Translations under genes and position numbers: made by a program
Shown: in pieces, positions 25,330 through 49,980 of the stretch
Numbering within the stretch: position 1 is the stretch's first letter
Layout of the letters: each line of letters begins with the position of its first letter
The notes under the pieces: model-generated
The model's database searches: none
Told to the model about the DNA's origin: nothing
Seen by the model: only the letters and a program-made list of their open reading frames with translations
NCBI GenBank assembly: GCA_030704615.1
Contig: CM060731.1
Location: 47,988,001-48,052,000 of the forward strand
From: Takakia lepidozioides
Lineage: Eukaryota > Plantae > Bryophyta
DNA: 64,000 bases
Direction of reading: 5' to 3'

Positions 25330-28300
25330 TGCAGGTTTCTTGGAGCTATTTTTCCACGGGGAATCACCCCTTCCTGCATCATTGCTCATATGTCTCCAAA
25401 GCCTCCATCCGCGCCCTTGCTGTGCATATCCTGCAATCATCGCACTCCACAACACCACATCTCGTTCAGCCATACTGTCAAACACTTCCTTTGCATCCTC
25501 GATGCACCCACATTCGGCATACATGCAATCCACCAGGGCAGTGTTCAGAATGACATTGGGTACAATTCCAGATTTGACGATGTCACCATGGACCTCTTTG
25601 CCCTTTTCCAGAGCTCCCAGGCTTGCACATGCATTACAAACAAATGTGATGTGGTTGGGTTTCACCCCTTCGCGCAACAGTTGCTCATAGGTCTCCAAGG
25701 CATTCCTACCACACCCATGTTAAATCCTGCCAACATTATATTCAACGTGATCAAAGTTCGTTAAGGCATTCCGTTGAACACTCGGTGTGCATTCATGATG
25801 CTCCTGCACTTAATATACATGTTCACAAGGGGGTTGAGGAGAAAAACACTTGGTGTGAATCCACTTTGGATATGTGACTGAAATGCTCCTTGGTTTAAAG
25901 GTTGTAGAGCCTCTTTCAGTCTGCCTGCCTCACAAAGCATCTTCACATGCCCAGAAGAGCAAGAAGAAGCATTATGGACTCCCTCTCTTGATCCTCTTTT
26001 AGAAGCTGTGGGATGATTGAGGTGCCTGATTTAAATCAGGGCTGCCAGGCCTGCAATGCACACAAACATGATGTGGCCGGGCTGAACCCCTTCCACCATC
26101 ATTTGCTCATAGGTCTCCAAAGCCTCCATCCCACGTCCCTGCTGTGCATACCCTGCAAGCAACGCACTCCACGACACCACATCTCGTTTAGCCATAGTGT
26201 TGAACACTCCCTTTGCATCCTCGATGCACCCACATTTTGCATACATGTCCACTAGGGTATTGTTCAAAATGACATTTGGTACAATTCCAGCTCTGAAGGT
26301 GTCACCATGGACCTCCTTCCCCTTTTCCAGAGCTGCCAGGGCAGTGTATGGAATGATATTAGGTACAATTCTAGCTTTGATGATATCCCCATGCACCTCT
26401 TTGCCCTTCTCCAGGGCTGTCAGGCCTGCAATGCATACAAACATGATGTGGCCGGGCTGAACCCCTTCCCCCATCATTTGCTCATAGGTCTCCAAGGCCT
26501 CCATCCCACGTCCCTGCTATGCATACCCTGCAAGCATCGCACTCCATGACACCACATCTCGTTCAGCCATAGTGTTGAACATTCCCTTTGCATCCCCGAT
26601 GCACCCACATTTTGCCTACTTGTCCACTAGGGTATTGTTCAAAATGACATTTGGTACAATTCCAGCTCTGAAGGTGTCACCATGGACCTCCTTCCCCTTT
26701 TCCAGAGCTGCTAGGGCAGTGTTTCGAATGACATTAGGTACAATTCCAGCTTTGATGATATCCCCATGCACCTCTTTGCCCTTCTCCAGGGCTGCCAGGC
26801 CTGCAATGCATACAAACATAATGTGGCTGGGCTGGACCCCTTCCCTCATCATTTGCTCATAGGTCTCCAAAGCCTCCATCCCACGTCCCTGCTGTGCATA
26901 CCCTGCAAGCATCGCACTCCACGACACCACATCTCGTTCAGCCATAGTGTTGAACACTCCCTTTGCATCCCCGATGCACCCACATTTTGCATACATGTCC
27001 ACTAGGGTATTGTTCATAATGACATTTGGTACAATTCCAGCTCTGAAGATGTCACCATGGACCTCCTTCCCCTTTTCCAGAGCTGCCAGGGCAGTGTATG
27101 GAATGACATTAGGTACAATTCTAGCTTTGATGATATCCCCATGCACCTCTTTACCCTTCTCCAGGGCTGCCAGGCCTACAATGATGTGGCTAGGCTGGAC
27201 CCCTTCCCCCATCATTTGCTCATAGGTCTCCAAAGCCTCTATCCCACGTCCCTGATGTGCATACCCTGCAAGCATCGCACTCCATGACACCACATCTCGT
27301 TCAGCCATAATGTTGAACACTCCCTTTGCATCCTCGATGCACCCACATTTTGCATACATATCCACTAGGGTATTGTTCAAAATGACATTTGGCACAATTC
27401 CAGCTCTGAAGGTGTCACCATGGACCTCCTTCCCCTTTTCCAGAGCTACCAGGGCAGTACAATTCCAGCTTTGATGATATCCCCATGCACCTCTTTGCCC
27501 TTCTCCAGGGCTGCCAGGCCTGCAATGCATACAAACATGATGTGGCCGGGCTGAACCCCTTCCCCCATCAGTTGCTCATAGGTCTCCAAAGCCTCCATCC
27601 CATGTCCCTGCTTTGCATACCCTGCAAGCATCGCACTCCACGACACCACATCTCGTTCAGCCATAGTGTTGAACACTCCCTTTGCATCCTCGATGCACCC
27701 ACATTTTGCATACATGTCCACCAGGGTATTGTTCAAAATGACATTTGGTACAATTCCAGCTTTGAAGGTGTCACCATGGAACTGCCAGGGCAATGTTTCG
27801 AATGACATTAGGTACAATTCCAGCTTTGATGATATCCCCATGCACCTCTTTGCCCTTCTCCAGGGCTGCCAGGCCTGCAATGCATACAAACATAATGTGG
27901 CTGGGCTGGACCCCTTCCCTCATCATTTGCTCATAGGTCTCCAAAGCCTCCATCCCACGTCCCTGCTGTGCATACCCTGCAAGCATCGCACTCCACGACA
28001 CCACATCTCGTTCAGCCATAGTGTTGAACACTCCCTTTGCATCCCCGATGCACCCACATTTTGCATACATGTCCACTAGGGTATTGTTCATAATGACATT
28101 TGGTACAATTCCAGCTCTGAAGATGTCACCACGGACCTCCTTCCCCTTTTCCAGAGCTGCCAGGGCAGTGTTTAGAATGACATTAGGTACAATTCCATGC
28201 ACCTCTTTGCCCTTCTCAAGGGTTGCCAGGCTTGCACAAGCATTGTAATGCACACAAACATGATGTGAGAGGGCAAAACAGGTTGAAATAGGTCAAAGAA

Positions 28301-28630
28301 GAAGATGCCCTCACCACATTGTCCTTGAGGTTGTGTCATGACTTGACCGACCATCAACCCAAAATTTGTGTGTGCTGCTTGTGTCTGTAGTCAGGTAATG
28401 TCGGATTGGTCTGTGAGATCGAACCACCACGGTGTAGCTGAGTAGGCATAGATTGAAACACGGCCTGCTATGACCAAGCTAACTCTCCCAAGAACGGCAA
28501 GCTCGCAAGAATGTTGCGAGCTTCTCCTCATCTAATCTCCTCATCCTCTCCTCCTTCCTGCATCATTTGCTCAACGCCTCCATCCCACGCCCCTGCATAT
28601 CCTGCGATCATCGCGTTCCATCCCTCGGCT
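25330..28630 (-). pseudogene. PLS-class PPR gene fragments (CACTA cargo), broken by stops and frameshifts
   Basis: Repeated [42 protein letters not shown]; an N-terminal-type piece LCEAGRLKEAL..LVNMYIKC at 25761-25946. Confidence 0.9.
26041..28265 (-). repeat. Six tandem copies of a 375-bp (125-codon) PPR-derived unit
   Basis: The anchor gctgycaggcct recurs at 26041, 26416, 26791, 27166, 27510 and 27865 (spacings 375, 375, 375, 344, 355). Confidence 0.92.
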
Positions 28631-29589
28631 ACATGGTGTGGCGCAGGGAACCAAAAAAAAACGCCAAGTCCCAGCCCTCCTCTGTGTTCACGATTACCCT
28701 AGTGGGCAACCTTATTAGCAACTTTTTGACTTTTTAACCTTTTGCACTTTGATTCATTCTAGGTCAGAGGCTAAAGTCCTGCTATCAGACTTGTCTAGAA
28801 AACCAAAACACCACGTAGACAAACATTTGATAATGGTAATAAAATATATTACAATTGGGCTGGTTTGAACACTTGTTAGTAAATATAGGTTAGGATTTTT
28901 AGGTTAGGATTTTTTCGAAATATTCTGGTTTTTTCTTTGATGTGTGAGATGACAAAGTCCAAGCATGTCACATAAACAAGGAGTTCAACGTAAAGATGAT
29001 GCAAGTGATTTGTGGCAAAAAAGTGTAAATCATGCCTATGCCTATTTGTCCTAGTTGTGTCATAGGTTGCAACAGAACGGGGCCACATTTGAATGCGATC
29101 CCCATGCTCATTTCACCAAGGGCATTATAGACTTCATAATGTAGAGATTGAAAATGGGGTGTATTCTTCATTTGCTAGTACCATCGTGCAGATTTCTAAA
29201 CGTAAACATGAAATTCATAATCATTTTCCAAGGGCATCATTCTCAAACTCCCCATACACCACAATCAGTGGAAATAATTGTATGTTCCCATTTCACACAT
29301 GTGTGTAACATGCCATGTAAACTAAGCCAACCCCTGCCACGCTCATGGCTGTTTTCACACCGTTCTTGCCTGGGGGGTGGACCACATGTGAGACACCCCA
29401 CAGTTATGGCATATTTAGACCCACACCTTGGCTCAGTGTACAGACCCGTGATAAAAGCCGTGGAATGTGCCAGGCGTGAGATGGCAGAGCCGTGGAAAAA
29501 GCCGGTTTCTCTTCTAGTGAAAGCTGAAAGACCAAGTTATATCCCAAAAGATGACTAAATGTACGGTATTAGAAGGTGTACCCGCGCGG

Positions 29590-29696
29590 GCAAAACAGAA
29601 AATGGGCAGCTAGAAGTCTGTGCCGACTTTCAAAAAAACAAAAACAAAAACAAAACGGAAAATGGGCAGCTGGAAGTCTGTGTCGACTTCTCGAAG

Positions 29697-29744
<48 letters not shown>

Positions 29745-29890
29745 GGAAAATGGGTAGCCGGAAGTCTGTGCCGACTTCTCAAAAAAAAAAAAAAAAACTG
29801 AAAATGGACAACCGGAAGTCTATGCCGACTTCTCAAAAAAAAAAAAAAAAAAAAAACACCCGGAATTCTATGCCTACTTTCCGGAAATGG
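29590..29890 (+). repeat. Five GAAGTC-tgtgcc-GACTT(C) hairpin-type units separated by A-rich/poly(A) tracts
   Basis: aaaatgg..gaagtctgtgccgactt repeated; A-run of more than 40 nt near 29700. Confidence 0.8.
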
Positions 29891-30228
29891 AATCCCAGAA
29901 GTCTTCACATGACCAGGTTGGACGGTGGTTATAGAATAAACACCTATTCCCGGGGTTGCCCCAACTCGTTTGCAAGAGCAGAGATGCTCTTTAAGTCGGA
30001 ACCGACGCCCAAAATATGGAGAATTCCCGAACCTAGCTTTGCAACCGAACCTAACTTGAATGTCCTGTGATGAGGGGAAATCGTGCACTTGGAACACTGA
30101 TAAACTATCAAAAACCAGCTTCACATGGTCCGAAACCAAAGAATATTCCATTAAATATGTTTTTTTTTTTTTTTTTGGGCCTTTGCTCATGCTTAAATGT
30201 GCTCATTGCTCATAGAAAGTACACACCC

Positions 30229-31955
30229 TGTCTACAACAACACACTAAACCTAGATTATCTAGTATTCAACCTCCCACACTTTTCGGCCATTCGCTCCAC
30301 CCTTACCTTCGAGGTAACCCCCAACCCCATCACCCACTCTACATATACCCCAAACCCCCGTCCTTCTCCAATACCGTACCTACACGATATCATTAGTCAG
30401 CTAACTGTGGACCCCCAAGCAAGCTACGCATTATATTCCAATCCAACACCATATCGCTCACACATACTCACCAACACTAAGTTTGACCACTTCACTCATT
30501 TTCTCCCCATGCCATTATCCACCAATCCTATTACCACACAACAAATTGCCACTTTGGCCTCCCCACATATCAATTCCCAGCACTTATCAAAGCCTCTCGT
30601 AAGCTCGCAGCATTCCCGACACAACACCTCCTCTTCTTCCTTATCACTATCATCTCCCCTCTACTGGGAACGTGTAATGAAAATTTTGAATCTCACTCAG
30701 ATTCTCAAATCCACTCCCTCTTTCGCAATCTCCAGGAATTGACTCCGCACCCCAACAACTACTTGGCTCCCCCTCATTGCCTTTCTGACCTACACACATC
30801 GCTCAATCTTTTACGATCCACTCGTGGTGTGGTACACAAAATACTAGGGACCATCTAGCAACAGTAACTACAACAAATCTATGCTATCAAACCATCACTA
30901 CCAAATTCCCAATTCTATCAGAGAACATACTCTCTGCCACCCTCCACGTTGTCACTCCGCTCCCATGATACCAGCCTCCATCACCACCACCTCACTCACA
31001 TCATACATCACCCTTGCCAACTCTAATTGGTATATTGCACCGACCAACCCCCCCCCAATCTATAACCCGACCACTCCCCTACCACTCCCAACCCATATGC
31101 CCTCGATATCATTACCTGACCAAGCTTCATACCAACAATCCAAATAGCTCATCTATAAGAAAAACTCCTTCAAGCCTACTACTTCTTATAGGGTAACCAT
31201 TTATTTGCTCCACATTGCCTTTGTAGCCAATCCGCCCCATACACCCCTACTAGGAGAGGTGTTGCATTGGGCATTTCTCGCACATGTCACTCGCCTAGCA
31301 CTACCATAAAAGTAACTGTACTCGTCCATCTCAGAACCCATCTTCAAATCATCCAAATCCACATGCCCACACTCAACCCCATTACCCTTATACACTTATA
31401 CATGTCATCTCACACAAACGACCTAATATTGATTCCAGGTATACTGCACTTAACCTCAAACAGAGTTACCCACTCCGAATATCAACACCATCACTACATT
31501 TTAGACAGGTAACTTCAATAGAGACATTGCCCTACTCAGACACACATATAATGGCATCCACAACCCCCATCCCTGCTCGACCACGAATGAGCTAGGTTTA
31601 CTCAACAACACCAATTTAACTACGTCCCCGCATACCACCAATACTCAAGACATGATGGACTCAGCTACACTTCATTAAGCATTCTTAACGGTTTCTACCT
31701 CAAAACACATACCGAGATCCGAACATACCTCATGATCCACATCCACATTGACAACATATGCAACTCGGACCATTACTACGTATCCGTCTCCTTCCCCCCT
31801 CTTTCTTCCCCCTTAGACCCATCCTATCTATACATACACCCACCCCCCAAATTATGATCATCTCACCAATACCTCAACACAACATAACCGCACTCCAAAA
31901 CCACTTCCAACTAGCCGCCTCGACACTCATACAGAATCTCTCCTGCACTCACTAA
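30229..31955 (+). mobile_element. Decayed LINE, continuation with endonuclease-like remnant
   Basis: Strongly C/A-skewed sequence; QIHMPTLNPITLIHLYMSSH resembles the APE endonuclease I-x-x-Y-x-P strand; many stops. Confidence 0.55.
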
Positions 31956-32919
31956 AACTCAAATCTGTCCCCCCAAAGCCTCGATTGAAGAAATCTCGAC
32001 GCGTTTTTCGGTGAGCGTAGCCTGTTTATGAGGAGATTTGGATTCTGCACCATCTGTTTCGAGGTTATTCGGCTGACGAGGTTATTCGTCCACTCGCTTA
32101 CTACGCACACGTGTTTCACCAACACAACATCGACATGTGACTTTTCGATAATGTCTTTGGCCAGTCTGTAGGGATCATCTATAAGGACGTTATAGGATTA
32201 AGTGAGCACTTGTAGCTCGAGAGGTCGACCAAAATACTTTCGTCCATGTGACCGAGTAAAATGTCATCCTTAAAAAAAAATGATCATCTATTTTGAGTTG
32301 GGATTCATTGTGTACAACAAAATACCCTAAGAAACCTAAAAACCTAACCTACATAATAACCCTTTTTTCGAGAACCCTAGACAATAACCCTCAACAAAAA
32401 CCCTCCGTAAAGCCAAAAACCCTAAAAAATGTGGACCATCCTTGGACGATGACGGCGAGACTACCAATTCAATATCTGACCATTTGACGTGTCAAGTTGG
32501 TGACTGAAAAAGCATGTGGAAACTATCTGAAACCTCTGAAATCAATCAATTTTGGTTTTTACAGGGAGCCCATAGAAATTGGAACCTGAGAGCAACCCAC
32601 CATATGAGATTCTACGGGGTGTAACAGTATGAACTATGCGGCACTTGTGATCAACTGTCAGCTTGTTATAGGGCACACGTGGCGTGTGCCGTGGAATAGT
32701 GCCATGCGGAGATGGGATCGAGCCAGCTAGGCAGTCCAGGCTGTCAAAGCGGGTGTGGGACGTGGATACTTATACCTTTTCTCTATTCACACTCTACCTC
32801 ATCTCATAGTGTGGTGGTAAGAAATGTTTGAAAAAAAAAAGAAAAATGTTTGTGGGTACAAGGTCAGTTTTCATCGCTCTCTTGCTCTCTCGGTCTCGCT
32901 GTAGCTCTTTGCTGGCTTC

Positions 32920-45250
<12,331 letters not shown>

Positions 45251-45379
45251 GAGGTCCAGACACACAACAAACTATATACCTCTCGGGATGCAATAGGGTG
45301 GTGCAGTGCACCTCTCGGTGCAGTAGCTGATGCAGTAGGTGTAGTGCACTGCACCTCATCGAAGAAGGGTTGGTGCTCG

Positions 45380-45436
45380 CTTCCCGCCCATTCCTCTTCG
45401 ATGACGTCTCTGTCAAGAGATTTCCTTCTTTGGCGC
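45380..45436. promoter_or_regulatory. E2F-like sites in the MCM6/ISN1 divergent promoter
   Basis: TTTGGCGC at 45429-45436 (exact TTTSSCGS) and CTTCCCGCC at 45380-45388, 130-190 bp upstream of the MCM6 ATG; MCM genes are established E2F targets. Confidence 0.6.
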
Positions 45437-45604
45437 CTTCCCAAGAGAATGACACGACCCATTTATCAGAGTGAAATATATTCCTTGTTGGGTCGTTGGG
45501 TCGGCAAAAGTGCGTTTGACTGATGGGATTGGCATCGACGCAGTGTCGAAATGTGGAGATGGGCCATGCCCTTCTGAGGACGGAGCTCTTGGAGTAACCT
45601 GGCT

Positions 45605-47806
45605 ATGGCGCCATCAGTGGTGTCCACCGTCATGGCTCCTGTGGGGTCTCTCCCGCTTGTCAATCCCTTGGCCCCGTTTCTCTCGTTTCTGTATCCTCAC
45701 GCTTCTGTTGGTTCAGGATCGCAGTGCCAGGGTTTTGGCAGGGTTTTTGCACCAAGCTGCCGAGGCAAGTCGCATCATTGGGGAATATATGTGCAGAGTA
45801 AGTTTTCAGGTAGATTTGAGGGCGAGGTAGGTTCCTCTCTTTCCCGTCTGGATCTCTGCCACGGTGCTTCTCTGTCGAGCATACCTTTCATCAATTTTCG
45901 CGCTCGACCAAATGTGGTTGTAGAAGAGTGTTCGCCTGTGAACGAGAGGCTTACATTCGTATCCGGTGAGCTTTTGAAGGATTTCGAGGGAGCTGGAGAG
46001 GAAACTTTGCTCAAGAATGAGGTCCATGTGGGAAGGGAAAGTGGCCAAGCATTTGCAGGGGACGATAGGATGGTTCCCCTGATTTCAGAGGCAGATTCAG
46101 CTGCACAAAGTGCTCATGGCCACAGCTCGACAAGGGAGGGATTACTTACAGGGTTTGATCGAGCATACCTTTCCACCTCAACATCCGAGGTCAGTGAGGG
46201 CTTAACAGAAGACAGATTGACTGAGGGGTCGGACCGGCAGCGAGAGAGCATAGACGAAGATCACAAGTATAAGTATAGTACACTTGGCAGTGAGAGTTAT
46301 GGTGCAGAAAGAGATGGTGTATACGATCAAACGCCCCTTCCTCCCCGCTCAAACCATACACATGCAGCTGGTCCACAAGGTTCAAACGAAGTATCTGAGA
46401 TACCAACTAAGCGACCAGAGAGTAGGGCAGAAATTGAAGATACTGGCCAGAGGTCTACCTTCACCTCCACTGCCAGGGACGGTGAGGATGATCGAGAGTT
46501 CAAGGATCCCATCATTGGGGAGGCAGAGGGACAGACGATTGCAAATTTGGAAACCACAGACAGATCTGTCAGTGCCCAGCAAACTAGAAGGGAAACATTA
46601 AGCCGGGAAGGTATGCGATGGAATATGCTGCTAAGTACAGAAGCCCTGGAGGATGCACACTTATCACGGGCCTCAAGCGTTACTGACGCGCACGTGCTGC
46701 GAAGGAAAGGCCGTCTGAAAGAGCAAGATGGGCTTATTGAGTTCATCGTATCCATGCACACCACCCACTCAGCAGTTCAAGTAATGGAGAAGATGGAGAG
46801 ATGGGTTGGGGAGCACTTTGAGGATCCCTTGCGAAGCACACTAAGCAGATTGATCCCTTCCGTTGGTCGTTTCTATACGCCATTGCCTCTGGTGCGTGCG
46901 CTACAGGAGTACGATGAATTTGCGTCGCTCTCACGTAGGCGATATGTGCCTCCCAATTTTGCTGAAATTCGCCATGTCCTAAACATTGCACAAGTACATG
47001 CCATTGCAGAGAAGCTGTCGCTACTTACCTTCGATGCAGATGGGACACTATATGCAGACGGGCACCACATCGAAGGAGACAACAAGATGATAGGTCACAT
47101 CATCAAGCTCATGCAACAGAGTGTCCATGTTGCCATTGTCACTGCTGCTGGGTATCCAGGAAATGCTGCTCGCTACGAGGACCGGTTGGCAGGATTGTTG
47201 GCAGCATTTGAAGGTCTGAAGTTGCCATCTAGCATCACTAGGCTTTTCCATGTGATGGGGGGTGAATGCAATTATCTTCTCCATGTCAACCCCCAGTATC
47301 GACTCGAATTTGTGCCTGATGAACTATGGAAACCTCGGTACATGCAAGAATGGGCAGAGGAAGAGGTGTGCAAGCTGTTGGATGACGCAGAGTTTGCATT
47401 GCGGTCTGCTGCAGCGCGCCTACGACTGCCCATAGAACTTGTGCGGAAGCCTCGGGCTGTTGGTGCAGTCCCCAAAGAGCCCACCATATATGAGGTTCTG
47501 GAGGAGATGGCATTGACAGTCCAAGTGCATCTGGTTGGTGCCAACCTCCCTTTCTGTGCCTTCAATGGTGGCAATGATGTATTTGTCGATGTGGGAAACA
47601 AATCAGTGGGTCTTGGGGCTTTGATGAGATATCTTGGAAAACGACCACAGGAGACCTTGCATGTGGGAGACCGCTTTACCCTGAGTGGCAACGACTCTGC
47701 AACGCGGTCTAAATGCTCAATTTTGTGGGTTGCAAACCCTGAAGAAACTGCCTTTTTCACACGTCTTTTGCTGAAGGATATTCGGCTGGCTCGTCTCAAC
47801 CCGTAA
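45605..47806 (+). CDS. ISN1: IMP-specific 5'-nucleotidase (HAD superfamily) with long N-terminal extension; intronless
   Basis: LRRKGRLKEQDGLIEFI, SRRRYVPPNFAEIRHVLN, HAD motif I TFDADGTLY, VTAAGYP, MGGECNYL, FNGGNDVFVDVGNKS, HVGDRF..GND. Confidence 0.93.
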   Translation: MAPSVVSTVMAPVGSLPLVNPLAPFLSFLYPHASVGSGSQCQGFGRVFAPSCRGKSHHWGIYVQSKFSGRFEGEVGSSLSRLDLCHGASLSSIPFINFRARPNVVVEECSPVNERLTFVSGELLKDFEGAGEETLLKNEVHVGRESGQAFAGDDRMVPLISEADSAAQSAHGHSSTREGLLTGFDRAYLSTSTSEVSEGLTEDRLTEGSDRQRESIDEDHKYKYSTLGSESYGAERDGVYDQTPLPPRSNHTHAAGPQGSNEVSEIPTKRPESRAEIEDTGQRSTFTSTARDGEDDREFKDPIIGEAEGQTIANLETTDRSVSAQQTRRETLSREGMRWNMLLSTEALEDAHLSRASSVTDAHVLRRKGRLKEQDGLIEFIVSMHTTHSAVQVMEKMERWVGEHFEDPLRSTLSRLIPSVGRFYTPLPLVRALQEYDEFASLSRRRYVPPNFAEIRHVLNIAQVHAIAEKLSLLTFDADGTLYADGHHIEGDNKMIGHIIKLMQQSVHVAIVTAAGYPGNAARYEDRLAGLLAAFEGLKLPSSITRLFHVMGGECNYLLHVNPQYRLEFVPDELWKPRYMQEWAEEEVCKLLDDAEFALRSAAARLRLPIELVRKPRAVGAVPKEPTIYEVLEEMALTVQVHLVGANLPFCAFNGGNDVFVDVGNKSVGLGALMRYLGKRPQETLHVGDRFTLSGNDSATRSKCSILWVANPEETAFFTRLLLKDIRLARLNP

Positions 47807-48582
47807 CTTGATCTTGAGTATCTGTTCACGTGTAAGGACTAGGGAGTGGAAACTGCTTGGCCCTAAATTGGTACCAGCAGAAATTGATTGTTCTCGGAAA
47901 CAAACACACTTGCGTTCAAGCTTACACCTAAGCAGATGCCAGGTTGGCTTCTCACCCTTTTCAAGCGATTTGTTGCAAGCACTTCAAGCAAGTTCAATCC
48001 TCTTGGCCTTTCACAGGTAGAGTGTGTACTATGAGCGAGGAAACCACAGACCTCACCAGCGATTTGTACCATGCTGCGTGGCTGACTGTGGTAAAGAATT
48101 GATTGGAGCATTGGTGTGTTATAAATGCTGGTGTTTGTCCAAAGCATGGGAGGTCAACTCTTCATACACTGCAACTTCTCAATGTTTGCATGCTGAGGCA
48201 GATGTTTGAAGACAATGAGTGGTGCAGAGTGAGTGGGAGGACAGAGTCACTCAAAGTGAGCAAGACGAGTAGCACAGAAGGTGAGGTCATGGACTATGGA
48301 ATTGTAGAAATTGAACGAAACACCCTGCCCTCTATAATGCTTCGTAGACAATAAGGTTGTGTGAGAGGACCTTAACGGCGATGAGATGAGATGACAGTTG
48401 ACAGTTTCCTTTCATTTTTTGTGATGTATTACGGCTGTACAAATTCCCCAGCTCCAGACTCCTTTTCCATATTTCGATTAACCACCCTTAGAGCATTTGG
48501 AACTCCAAGGCGCACCCTTGACCTATGCACCTGACCTTACCAGCACTTACATGCTTGCAACATTACAATCTCTTATTTACTT

Positions 48583-49980
48583 CTATCTCCTTGCCCTCTT
48601 GCGAGAGTGTTTTCTTTTGTCCACCTTTGCCCCCTTTTTCCTCTTCCCCAACTTTATCATCAGTCTTTTCTCCACCATCATCTGCATTTTGTTCTGCTGT
48701 ATAGCTGCTTGAAGAAGCTCAGACCCGCCTTCAAGCCCAAGTAGTCTGACCAAACCATGGGGGGGAACAAAAGCAGGGATCCCTTCTGAAGGAGCATAAG
48801 AACGCACCTTCTTACAGAGCTTCTTTGCAATTCTTAGCTCTTCAGGATTTTCTGAGTGTATGAGCTCCCTCAACTCTCCACATGTGAATGCTTTAACATG
48901 AATTCCTTTGACGCGGCCACTGCGCGACACAAGCAGACCTCCATTTGGGTCAGGTAGCCGCTCGTATGTTGCGACTCCTTGCATCCATTCAGAAAAGCAT
49001 ACTAATCCAGGGATGATTGTCGGAAGATCAGAAGTTGTCTGAGATGTGGATGCCCTGAATGGCCACATTTTAGCTGGCCTAGCCGGTATGATTAAGTTCC
49101 TCAAAACCTGTGGAGTCTCATGTTTCAAGGGATCTTTTGGGAAAAAGAAGCAGTACACGGAATCTCCTTCTCTTGCATCTGTTGCCAGGTCCAAGTATGA
49201 TGTAGGTAGCATTGGTTTCACCAAGGGCCGAGTGGGCTCCAACACACAAACATCTACATCCTCGTCCATAATCTTGACTTTAGCTTCGAAAGCCAGCCTG
49301 CCTCTGTAGTAATTTGGGTAGACAACATGAATTACATAGCGCTCTGGATTCTCAACCGCACTGTACACACAATGCAGAGCAGCAATGGATTCACCGTGGA
49401 CATCCATGAGTCCCACTGTACCTACGCATCTCTCTGTAGCCGTTGGAGACAAAACTTCCTCTGGATTTGACATGTCAGAGATATACACACGACCAACATG
49501 GGCTGTAACTTTTTCAAAAGCCGCCTTCATCCACTTGGCCCAATGCAGATCGTCTGCAGGTTCATCTTCAGAAAATAGGTCACCCGCACCACCTGCATTT
49601 TAAGCTTTGCATGTCAGATCTTTGACAGCAACTCATGTCTGAAGTCCCCTACTGAAGTAACTCTAGTACTAGGTAGCGATTCCACTTCAGCGATCTTTCA
49701 AACAGACTCCAAGTTTTTACCACTTTTGGGTTTCAACGAAGACTTCGTATGTCTGACCTAAGATTGGTGAGGCCCGCACAGTGATCCTGCCCCCGTTGAT
49801 CTCGGCATTTTCATCGGGGGAGAAAAAATGATCTCCTCGTAGAACCTCCACACACCAATCCTCTGGAACTCCGCAATATTGCACTTTCTTCTTCAATTCA
49901 TTAAAAGTAGGTGCTTCCTTGTTCCATTCAATTTTCTTCTTAGCCTTCTGCTGGGGTAGCTGGACCTCGATGACCAGCAT
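48583..49980 (-). CDS. Ubl-like domain + trypsin-like PSEUDOprotease + basic tail (paralog A); complement(join(48583..49592,49758..49980)), 410 aa
   Basis: Phase-1 intron G|GTCAGA..TGCAG|GT joins the two ORFs in frame; AALHC (His), DVDVCVL (Asp), but LPDPNGG at the nucleophile motif (Asn codon 48943-48945); tail KLGKRKKGAKVDKRKHSRKRARR. Confidence 0.8.

Larger units (their letters stand above)
23948..29519. mobile_element. Non-autonomous CACTA element (5572 bp) carrying PPR gene fragments (Pack-CACTA)
   Basis: Perfect 32-bp TIRs CACTAGAAGAGAAACCGGCTTTTTCCACGGCT; 3-bp TSD AAA (23945-23947, 29520-29522); TTCCAC/TTCAC subterminal repeats; no transposase. Confidence 0.95.
23851..30228. mobile_element. 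Non-autonomous Mutator-like element interrupted by the CACTA element
   Basis: GGG...CCC termini with imperfect TIRs (ggggtttgttttttatgagccatg vs reverse complement gggtgtgtactttctatgagcaatg); 9-bp TSD tgtctgcaa (23842-23850) / tgtctacaa (30229-30237), one mismatch. Confidence 0.65.

Noticed and set aside
26616-27530. 304-aa PPR ORF as a functional gene
   Set aside because: Starts out of frame, has no targeting peptide or E/DYW domain, and is bounded by stops inside CACTA cargo.
29559-30190. Poly-Lys and poly-Phe ORFs
   Set aside because: Translations of poly(A) tracts in a repeat array.
32320-32430. Telomere-like AACCCT/AACCTA motifs
   Set aside because: Too few and irregular to be an interstitial telomeric array.
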